From positions 1 to 28,837 of IMG/VR virus record IMGVR_UViG_3300044513_001753: a stretch of 28,837 nt of DNA. One strand, 5' to 3'. Shown one piece after another: positions 12,801 through 18,600 of this stretch (the first letter of the stretch is position 1; each line of letters opens with the position of its first letter). Under the pieces are notes generated by a model. The model worked only from the letters and a program-made list of their open reading frames with translations. It was not told where the DNA came from and did no database searches. Both the position numbers and the translations under genes were made by a program. The DNA comes from a virus (Duplodnaviria; Caudoviricetes).

Positions 12801-14016
12801 ACAACCTTCTACTTTACAAGAAGAACCAAGGACAGTAAACAACATCAATTCCACAGACCAAGTTCAAACTTTTGCATACTTTGGTCCAGGAAACACTGAA
12901 GATGAAACTCTGTCAAGAAGAGTTAAGTGGTGCAGACAAACTGAAGATAAGATTATTAATGAAAAGCGTGTGGGAAAAGATAGAGAACTCTATGAACCAC
13001 AAATTCATCCATATGCATATATTACTAAGTCAGTTGGTATTGGATCTACAACAATCTATGTTGACAGATTAAGACCTTTCTTTAATGCAAGGAATGAAAA
13101 TGATACTGCCCTAACTTTCCAGAATAAATTTAAATTTGCAACTCAGACTGTGACTTCTGGAGCAGCAGCTACTGCTGTTGTAAGTGATACTGGGACCATC
13201 GCATCTATCGTCATATCTGATGGTGGTGTTGGATATAGCACCGCTACAGTTACTGTTGGATCTCCCTCTGTTGGATTTGTAACAGCAACAGCAAATCCAG
13301 TAATTGGTGTAGGAGAAACAATTTCTTCTATCACGATTACAAATGCTGGAACTGGATATACAAATACAAATCCACCTGTCGTTCTCATAAGTGAACCAAG
13401 TTATAGTGAAGAAGAGAACTTGGCTGGAGATTATGCTGGTGACTCCGGAATAATTGTTGGATTTGGAACAACTACAACCAGTGGACTCACTACACAATTT
13501 GTGTTTGATCTACACATCCCATTTGAGTCTAAATTGAGAGATGAATCTATAGTTGGAACAGCAGTAACCCTAAGTGGACTGGAACAAGGAGATTTCTTCA
13601 TTGTTTCAAATTCTAATGTTGGATCTGCAACAACATCAATTACATCACTTAATCAATCTGGTGGAACTGCAGGTGTTGGTAAATCCTTTGTTGATAATGT
13701 TTATGTTGTTGCTCACTCAGAGAACATCATCAGAACAATTCGCTTGGATGCTGCTGGTGTTGGAATTGGAACAACTGTTTGTAGGAGAGTATTTACTAAT
13801 GTAACTCAACCAAGATTTAATACTAGTGGTATTGGAACCCAATCTACATCAACCGTCTCTGGTTATGGTGACTATAGTTGGGGCAAAATTACAATTGCAT
13901 CAAGATCAGGATTAAATACTTACACTGCATATACTGAAAATGGCATTCTTGGACTTACTACATCAACAAGAGTAGAGAGATCTACTCCATTGAAATTCAA
14001 GAACTACGTTACTTGA
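898..14016 (+). CDS. gp7: Giant baseplate wedge initiator gp7-like protein (4372 aa) with many inserted beta modules
   Basis: Uninterrupted ORF between gp6 and gp8. N-terminal QLPSYVRDEFP..SEFLKSYY and IKQSKDFYLSRGT..SFEILFRALY (~1477-1551), and QDSFYYQNFSY...W...V....HTAGFKKF (8323-8436), match cyanophage gp7 core motifs. Confidence 0.85.
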   Translation: MSEKRVQFNNIVQNQLPSYVRDEFPLISEFLKSYYQALEFKGAPIDLIQNIDRYIKIDETTGLGDSVVLLNEISASDTTLTVDFRNSITGTDGFPESYGLLKIDDEIITYTGKTSNSFTGCIRGFSGVTSYKKEANPENLVFTSSSKVLHEEGALIENLSNLFLKEFLVKIKHQFLPLLDERSLAEGLNENLFIKQSKDFYLSRGTDRSFEILFRALYNQDVSVVKPRDFLFTPSNSDFRITNDLVVESVEGDPLDLDQATLFQDDFPEAGLVKAYAPITSIEKLQVFQVGTAKSFYKLSLDGGYDRDVEVQGAIRGAFGIHPKTRVIGQVGSGASILFVDSTVGFGTIGELSVTYNDATTGVVSYTSKNFTQFFGCSNITGIIPDGETIGINTFAYGRSFNDQNDIIKVRINAVLSDFKYPENTKNFQDGDIAKIKTLGIDKDSSIYDNWFYNYSSNHLVNSIELIDSSDNSYRLTLNKDHFFKESDKLDVTEIKGSTQLGGVVYRVNSAKSISIKGSGSLDVNKTYSITRQILKGDATNFGTAQLYQTNVQGIFDNPDNFLVASSSIPSYFGSRLNASDRSVTFSGTFLGEELLISPGSKHNLYSGDPVYYSVGITTEAYVDFRGKVGVREVKKQSLGANFPEGLYYVKRLSDSSVKLAKSRNDVYNEKFVSVESSVTVDGNVLRPFQFQDKELNSQKILREIPKTAQHTGKLTPTQPGFNGILVNGVEILNYKAPDVVYYGKIEEIEVISPGENFDIIDPPLLHINDSVGTGATGNIAVSGSLESIRVFDPGFDYDETPVITITGGNGSGAVAQPNMKLIEHSVPFFSEVASNKITLGATASTIGFSTYHKLRNGEHVIYRTNGQTAVGGLTTDAKYFARTTNDVTVTLHNNLADVIAGINTVLLTSYGNGSHNLETVNKKSVVESISVISSGDGYENKKRSCGITGISTSLNYIEIKNHDYKSGETVKYTAGSSPISGLTDESEYYVIKIDNDKFRLANVGLTTSTQRYFYETNQHINLTSVGAGTHSFNYPDISVAISGQIGISSIGLETFQAQLQPIFRGEITSVNLTNNGVGYGASEVLNLDRSPLTIAVPGQDAQCQPIINQGRIEEILVLNPGRQYISPPDLTINGEGIGAVITPVLTNGTLSAIKVLEPGAGYNQNTTTISVIHPGEGEVLKAKLQTWRVNLFQKYLYSLSDDDGVIENGSNEDFGMQYCHIYAPRKLRQLSYSVDGDGNQQYGESDLQINVNTKQENVSTNHSPIIGWAYDGHPIYGPYGYKTRSGGSVTIMETGYVEKTDTPQRPPLTSWPSGFFISDFVYQNQTSESVLDENNGRHCVTPDFPEGTYAYFATIASDEADTQSPFTNFRRPKFPYLIGENFHAKPNEFNFKKLSNQDNFNINTTDYIKNTRPFNFFDDKDIEYKYLSLPSKLSQEVEVKNAARGKVASVGIITGGINYKVGDPVVFNNAETGGTGVSARVSHVLGKPVDSVSLATSSIANVEFYPNGKGKYLLFTNDPHNIQNFDTISITGVSTTASDLEGFYNAGIGTNVYKVAGTGISTNGIGSVAYTGLVTYFNLTGNLNYPNIRENDVIQIGAEQVKVLNVDNRLSRVRVLRSLNGVVGVAHTVGTAATVTQRKLSISAGFKTDFDYKVNKQIYFNPIEVVGLGSTGGVGIGTTIFFENPGTGATSITIPTKTIFIKDHGLQTGDIVTYSSNKDIHGNSGKGIVISDNHVSAGIGTSIGDGTNLFVAKVANNLIGLATARVSLGSTGIFEGVVGSTKITTLSFIGIGSGVYHSLKTNHSVVTGTINKNTVTVATGETHGIHIGHDIVLDVNPGITSSFNISYNDYNRKLIVNPKSYTSTGINTSTGVVTIENHGFVSGQKIVYTENQSNPTQGLVDNKIYYLSIVDGNSFRFSNTFKNATMAIPTTVGLASTGSGGVINPINPPLKLYKNSTVTFNLTDVSLSHEIQSTNYPSFEFNLYNDKNFTNKYVGKISNGKDYDVLRSGTVGVDGIAKVTLVVNEKTPDKLYYRLDPTYESGDVPAVKSEINVDDEVFENNTASVVKSIYNGKYKISTISPNSFSFSIGPTPENSAYISSTSSAEIIYETDCTHTEGSIRKIQVTNSGQGYQSLPGITTVATIRGTGAILEAQSNNIGRITKTHLKNIGFDFPSDKTLRPSIALPNIIKIRSLKSFDVIGISSGGRGYSSAPKLLAFDGKTNQLLNDVDLDYDLGDNRVTILKNTKGMSNTLPKILPIYNTNGCGISTIGFNTVTNEVTAELSVGFSASDDFPVEVGDKVMIENISIGIGSTGIGYNSSDHNYKLFPVIAVDKNLGGVGATFSYSMEGLFDKSKGEFIGEFNKFNSSGRVIAERHFPIFNISLKDNEFLDGEEVKSPTTSGTVESWDRKTGTLRISTSKNFTPGEVIEGSASNTQGIADRVEIYESILNTDASSRVVKGSITNSGFLNANMQRVQDSFYYQNFSYSLRSRVDFDSWNDVVSATNHTAGFKKFSDYQLETPAEFSEVTSNSMAVGLSTDLSYFTVVNDLYSIGNLNCTQDFDLALENSLNASGSVFSDEIIFASRILTDFFESFGNRAVDFDDVSHLFNSNPRATRFQLIDEFNVSNSRFLKYFIYFKDERFDGERQFGIVNMIQDGRFAYFNQYGRMYSQGELADFDFKISGTQGSLQFFPRRFALNDYQIVSLAYHLDDNVVGLGTSIVLGNGSVDIRTTSVALPSGGGVRTTIVSTAATTRSLKVMSLVSDPATNDHEYNELNIVHDDSEVSVTEFGRLMTTDNSTSFSGTGFGTYYPYLDSNLLKVDFIPSVSAAMTCNTMQIGFGTDGITGLSTDQMKHAILEGGSTSISASGTPGITTVADYTNDYDSSYFMVSITDTTNNTYEMRELVLIDTDSNEDGTGEVEVQEFGIVETDTNLPYITGLGTFGARVNSGGGVSLTFTPQPNIAVDVKTYTQALRIEDDSRDQRNFGNGLFVTNFARYEGTENAVKKTFTLEHRSAPIFEKYFLGNDSDIISISANSIEIPNHFFVSGEKIRYDRNGGITSSIGIGLTNISGVGNTEFLPIDTDLFVIKISDNKIQLASSAENALKKIAVPMEITSVGIGTSHRFSATNQNSRCLIAIDNLIQSPIVSTSQTTGLSTNVSTVDNIIKISGIQSYFGSDLVKMGDEIMKIMSVGVGSTNAVRVRRGQLGTKIGTGNTGEPITKVVGNYNITDSVVHFAEAPYGLVPIGSTTNPPDERDWEGISASSSFQGRMFMRSGVEDTTQDTYHTNYLFDSLSNKFDGNTSVYSLTSIGSSDITGISTGNAIILVNDILQGPGFSRDFTLGENSGITTIAFTGTASSTITDANTSGLPLGGVLLSLGSTEGFGYQPLVSAGATAKVTNVGVLTDVAIGNTGSGYRVAEKYEFLVDTNEFIGIGSTNVFIPNTGSVLDLLPQLNTGSNCEIEFGRVADQYVSGTIVSSASTFVRFDTNDALSVGIPTGTRARVIVSNPPIGFVNISAASTSVGIETSKYHVGFATIINGNVSTAISVTNNSSPRFYPAKSITNVGYSSITGITTVTTSTAHGLSEGESIELSGIAFTCTYAPPINVSDADYNNLTGVTTITTATPHLLQVGKGVVLTGIAFTCGLDNGSSTHTYPRTTDPAYCGVSVIEIVNSTKFVVNTGPSTVPTFYQSGGTIQGAIIDAPRKKNKSATGNDFASGGSSVLAVLSPTSFVVNTGVSTCPHFYNRCGKVNRPLSLFIDDPLAYTNIPISYVGAANSGLNGTVDIVVGNGSSIVDFSINNKGIGYKEGEVLTISTGGLTGIPTTGTTSNFRNFELTVQKVFSDEFTGWSVGVIQPLDDPSFLFDGVTRAFNLSLAGSQISIRSPRGSKVDVEKVLIVTINDILQEPGKGYEFPGGSVIKFAEPPKPGDSCKILFYKGTGDDTDVIFREVIETVKTGDTLTLGYDRSSGQPSTLQEEPRTVNNINSTDQVQTFAYFGPGNTEDETLSRRVKWCRQTEDKIINEKRVGKDRELYEPQIHPYAYITKSVGIGSTTIYVDRLRPFFNARNENDTALTFQNKFKFATQTVTSGAAATAVVSDTGTIASIVISDGGVGYSTATVTVGSPSVGFVTATANPVIGVGETISSITITNAGTGYTNTNPPVVLISEPSYSEEENLAGDYAGDSGIIVGFGTTTTSGLTTQFVFDLHIPFESKLRDESIVGTAVTLSGLEQGDFFIVSNSNVGSATTSITSLNQSGGTAGVGKSFVDNVYVVAHSENIIRTIRLDAAGVGIGTTVCRRVFTNVTQPRFNTSGIGTQSTSTVSGYGDYSWGKITIASRSGLNTYTAYTENGILGLTTSTRVERSTPLKFKNYVT
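8755..9771 (+). repeat. Three tandem divergent ~110-130 aa beta-sandwich domains within gp7
   Basis: Aligned cores: SRFLKYFIYFKD..QFGIVNMIQDG..NQYG..LQFFP / TRSLKVMSLVSD..EYNELNIVHDD..TEFG..VDFIP / YDSSYFMVSITD..EMRELVLIDTD..QEFG..LTFTP. Confidence 0.75.
11578..12147 (+). repeat. Duplicated domain in gp7, arranged N-N-C-C (nested)
   Basis: GIAFTC occurs twice (ggtattgcatttacttgt 11674-11691, ggtattgcattcacttgt 11809-11826), followed by FVVNTG.ST.P.FY...G twice (from 11923 and 12088). Confidence 0.85.
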
Positions 14017-14021
14017 TGTTT

Positions 14022-14029
14022 GATAAATA
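14022..14029 (+). promoter_or_regulatory. T4-type (gp55-dependent) late promoter GATAAATA for gp8
   Basis: NATAAATA in the 40-nt gp7-gp8 intergenic gap, 27 nt before ATG 14057. Confidence 0.85.
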
Positions 14030-14056
14030 AAAAAAACTCCGTTTAACTGGCACAAA

Positions 14057-15607
14057 ATGGCTGCAATTATAACTGATCAAATTAGAATTTTGAATGCGAA
14101 AAATTTTGTATCTGGAGTTAGTTCCAGTTCTAATGCATATTATTCGTTTATTGGATTACCCAATCCATCAGATTATCAAAGTGATTGGGATTCATCTCCT
14201 CCTGCACCAAAAGATAATTTCTCCGAAGAGAATGATTATTGGGACACAATGATCGCTGTGAAAAAAATTAATTCCTCTGATGTTAGACAAGTAATTCAAA
14301 AGAGAACTTGGACATCAGGTACAACTTTTGATATGTATCGTCATGATTATAGTGTTACCAATACTGCATCCGTGTCAGGTGCTACTAATTTATATTCAGC
14401 ATCTTATTATGTACTGAATAGTGATTTCAGAGTTTATATTTGCCTACAAAATGGAACTAATCCCGACAATCCCAATGGAAGACCATCTCTAGATGAACCG
14501 ACGTTTACTGATCTAGAACCAAGATCTGCTGGATCCAGCGGTGATGGTTATATTTGGAAATATTTGTACACTATTAAAGCAAATGAAGTTGTCAAGTTTG
14601 AATCTACAGATTTCATGCCAGTTCCTGCTAATTGGGGATCAAGTGGTGATAATGCACCTGTAAGAGATAATGCTGTAGATGGTTCTATTAAAATTGTAAC
14701 TGTGACCAATGCCGGAGTTGGTATTGGAACTGCTAACTCAACATATACTAGAGTTCCTATTGAAGGTGATGGATCAGGAGCAGAATGCACAATAACAGTT
14801 GGAGCAGACGCTAAAGTTAGTGGTGTTACCATTTCTAACCAAGGATCTAATTATACTTTTGGAAATGTAAACTTAATAGGTGGAAATGTTCCCACAGGAA
14901 CTACTATTCCAGAATTTAATGTTATCATATCTCCTCAAGGTGGTCATGGAAAAGACATTTATAGAGAGTTGGGTGCATACAATGTTTTATTGTATTCTAG
15001 AATTGAAAATGATAACGAAAATCCTGATTTTATTACAGGAAACCAAATTGCAAGAGTAGGTGTTATTGAAAATCCAGAAGTTTCAACTGGAAATGTATTA
15101 ACCTCTGATAAAGCAAGTGTCCTTAGTGCCATCAAGTTGACCGGAATTGGATATAGTTCTGCTCTTTTTGATGCTGATTCAACATTTACTCAAACTGTTG
15201 CGACAGCATCAACTGCTGTTGGTAGAGTTGTTAGTTACAATCAAACAACTGGTGTTCTTAAGTATTGGCAGGATAGAACTTCTTTTGGGTTTACATCTGC
15301 TGGAGTTGGGATTACAAACCCAACATATGGATTTAATGTAGTTGAATTTACCTCTTCTCCAGATACTGGAGGAAATATTCAAATTACACCTTCAACTGGA
15401 TCTGTTTTGGAGATTGACTCAAACTTTACTGGTATCACAACCGTAATAAATAATCGTACATATTATCTTGGTCAGTCATTTACGAGTGGAATTGCAGGTC
15501 CTGAAGTTAAAAAACATGCAGGAAATATTATTTACGTTGATAACAGACCTTCAATTACTAGATCATCTAACCAAAAAGAAGATATCAAAATTATTTTGCA
15601 GTTCTAA
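14057..15607 (+). CDS. gp8: Baseplate wedge subunit gp8 (516 aa)
   Basis: MAAIITDQIRILNAKNF start; WTSGTTFDMYRHDY, YVLNSDFRVYICL.NG, DGYIWKYLYTI, PQGGHG; C-terminal G.IIYVDNR.SITRS.NQKEDIKIILQF. These are hallmark T4-like gp8 motifs. Confidence 0.95.
   Translation: MAAIITDQIRILNAKNFVSGVSSSSNAYYSFIGLPNPSDYQSDWDSSPPAPKDNFSEENDYWDTMIAVKKINSSDVRQVIQKRTWTSGTTFDMYRHDYSVTNTASVSGATNLYSASYYVLNSDFRVYICLQNGTNPDNPNGRPSLDEPTFTDLEPRSAGSSGDGYIWKYLYTIKANEVVKFESTDFMPVPANWGSSGDNAPVRDNAVDGSIKIVTVTNAGVGIGTANSTYTRVPIEGDGSGAECTITVGADAKVSGVTISNQGSNYTFGNVNLIGGNVPTGTTIPEFNVIISPQGGHGKDIYRELGAYNVLLYSRIENDNENPDFITGNQIARVGVIENPEVSTGNVLTSDKASVLSAIKLTGIGYSSALFDADSTFTQTVATASTAVGRVVSYNQTTGVLKYWQDRTSFGFTSAGVGITNPTYGFNVVEFTSSPDTGGNIQITPSTGSVLEIDSNFTGITTVINNRTYYLGQSFTSGIAGPEVKKHAGNIIYVDNRPSITRSSNQKEDIKIILQF
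15445..15452 (+). promoter_or_regulatory. Candidate late promoter AATAAATA inside the gp8 coding sequence, serving the VrlC-like gene
   Basis: Exact NATAAATA about 160 nt upstream of ATG 15614. The 6-nt gp8-VrlC gap cannot hold a promoter. Confidence 0.55.
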
Positions 15608-15613
15608 AGAATT

Positions 15614-18600
15614 ATGCCACAGCAAACGAACCTTAATGTAGCACCATATTTTGATGACTTCGATCCGGTAGATGACTACCATAAGGTGTTATTTAAACCT
15701 GGATATCCAGTTCAGGCAAGAGAATTAACTACTTTACAATCAATTCTTCAAAATCAGATTGAAAAATTTGGTCAGCATTTTTTTAAAGAGGGTGCAAAAG
15801 TAATTCCTGGTAACACCGGATATACTCAATTATATTATTGCATTCAATTACAAAATACGTATCTTGGAGTTCCGGTAGCAGCATATGCTGAACAATTAGT
15901 TGGAACTAAAATTATTGGAGAGTCTTCTGGTGTAAGTGCTGTTGTAGATAAAGTTCTTTTACCAGAAGATTCTGAGAGAGGAAATCTTACTCTATACATT
16001 AATTATTTAAATTCTAGTACCACAAATAATGAAACTCAAACTTTCTCTGATGGTGAAAATTTAACATGCAATCAGATTATTTCTTCTGGTCTTCTTGGGA
16101 ATACTAGTATTGCTATTGGAGCTCCTTTTGCAACAACAATTCCAGACGAGGCATCTGCTACTGGATCTGCTTTCCAAATTCAAGAAGGAGTGTATTTTGT
16201 TCATGGTCATTTTGTTAATGTTAATACAGAAACTTTAATTCTTGATCAGTATGGGAATACACCTAATTATAGAGTTGGTCTATTCGTAAACGAAGAAATT
16301 ATAAATGCTGATGAAGACGACACACTAAATGATAATTCTCAAGGATTTAATAACTATTCGGCACCAGGTGCAGATAGACTTAAGATTTCTGTAAGTCTAT
16401 TTAAAAAATCATTAACTGACTATAATGATGATCAATTTATTGAGTTAGCTATCATTGAATCGGGAAATATTAAATCCCAAACCAAAAGAGGAGATCTTGG
16501 TGGTGGAGCAGGATATAAAGATTGGACAGATATTCTTGCAAGTAGAACATATGCAGAATCTGGCGATTATTATGTAAAGGCATTTGATTTATCTGTACAC
16601 GAATCACTTAATAATGGAGTTGGAAATAGGGGAATATATAACGCAGGTCAATTAACTTTTGGAGGACAAACTCCAACTGATGACCTAATGCTGTATAAAT
16701 TCTCTCCAGGTAGAGCATTTATACGAGGTTATGATATTGATATTACTAGTGTAACTTTTATTGATGTTCCCAAACCAAGAACAACCGCAACTATTGAAGA
16801 TCAATCAATAATTTACAATACTGGTCCAACATTAAGAGTCAATAGAACTTGGAGATCACCAAACGTTGGAGTTGGTAATACATATATTCTTAGTTTGAGA
16901 GACCAGAGGGTAGGTCTTGCTACAGATGGAACCGGTGGAACACCAGATCCTGCAGGTAGAGAGATTGGTGTTGCCAGAGTATATGATTATAGATTAGAGT
17001 CTGGATCTTATGATACATCCAATGGAACTCTTAATGAGTGGAATCTTTCCCTGTTTGATGTTCAAACTACAGTAGATTTGGTTCTCAATCAAGCAACTAC
17101 ACTTTCAGTCCCTACTTTTGTTAAAGGTAATAGAAGTGGCGCAACTGCATTTATTAAAGATGCTGTTTCAAACTCAAATGCAGTATCACTTTATGAGGTT
17201 GAGGGTGACTTTATTCCTAATGAAAGTTTGATATTTAATGGGATTAATGATGGTAGAATTGCTACAGCAGTAACTGCTTATAATTTATCCGATGTAAAAT
17301 CTGTCTATGGAAGTAATAATAGATTAGTTGGAATCAATACCTTTGCTGCCGACGTTGTTCAAACCCCAACAATCGCAGTTGGAGTAGCAACAATTACTAA
17401 AGCTTCTGGTGGAGTTAGCACTGTAAGAAGCACTAGTGATGCTCTTCCGGGATTATTTAAGGTTGGAAATCTTGTAGAATATACAAATCCATCAGCAACG
17501 ATCACCGATCCCACTATGGGAAGAGTTACGAGTGTTGATACTGATTCTATTCAAATTGCTGAGGTTACTCCTGTTCCAGGAATTGTTAGAGGATCTCTTC
17601 CCACTAGCTCAGTTGATGTTAATGATTTTAGATTAGTAACTACAAAACTTGATCCTTCTTCTGATAGCACCCTCTACACCAGACTGCCAAGAACTGATAT
17701 TGAATCTGTAGACTTTACTAATGCAAGTTTAACAATAAGAAAAGTTCTGAGTGTTGATATTGCTAGTGGTCAACTTTCTTCTAATATATCTGCAGAACCA
17801 AATGAAACATTTTTACCCTTTGATGAAGAAAGATATGCCCTGATTAGATCAGATGGAACAACTGAAGCATTATCCGCCGATAAACTCACTATTGCTAGTG
17901 GTGGAACAGCACTGAATATCTTTGGTCTTGGATCTGATGATACTGGTGCCTCTTTGATTGTATCGTTGAGAAAAGTCAAACCCACATCAAAAGTTAAAAT
18001 TAAGAATAGAGTTAAATCAATAATTGTTGACAAATCAAATAATGCAGCTTCTGGTATTGGTTCAACAACTTTAAATGATGGTCTGGTATATGGTAATGGA
18101 AATTATCCTTATGGAACCAGAGTTCAGGATGCTACTATTTCTCTGAATGTTCCAGATGTTATTGATGTTCATGGTGTTTTTGAGTCTGCTGACACTAATA
18201 ATGCCGCAGCACCAAAAATTTCTCTAATTAATATCAATAGTACCTCTACCACAACAGGAGAACTGATAGTTGGAGAATCTTTTATTGGACAAACATCTGG
18301 AGCAAATGGCATTATCGCAGAAACCTTAACATCTGCACAGATTTCATACATATCCAAAAACGATAGTAAATTTATTGAGGGAGAGACCATAATCTTCCAA
18401 GAGACCGGAATTCAGGCCATCGTGTCTGTTCTTACATCTGATAGTTTTGATATCTCTGAAAACTATAAATTTAGAACTGGTCAGGAAGATACTTTCTATG
18501 ATCAAGGAAGAATTATAAGAAAGGAGAATAAGTCTGCTCCTGCTAAGAAACTGAAGATTTATTATAAGAGTGCATCTTTTGATTCGACAGATAATGGAGA

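Noticed and set aside
13912-13918. TTAAATA/GTAAATA near-matches to the late promoter inside genes (also near 86, 20633, 23420, 24490)
   Set aside because: Mismatched to NATAAATA and expected by chance in AT-rich DNA; no positional support.
14029-14051. A-run plus a weak inverted repeat (ccgtt/aactgg) as a reverse-strand terminator
   Set aside because: The stem is short and bulged with almost no loop; the A-run is adequately explained as a late-transcript leader.
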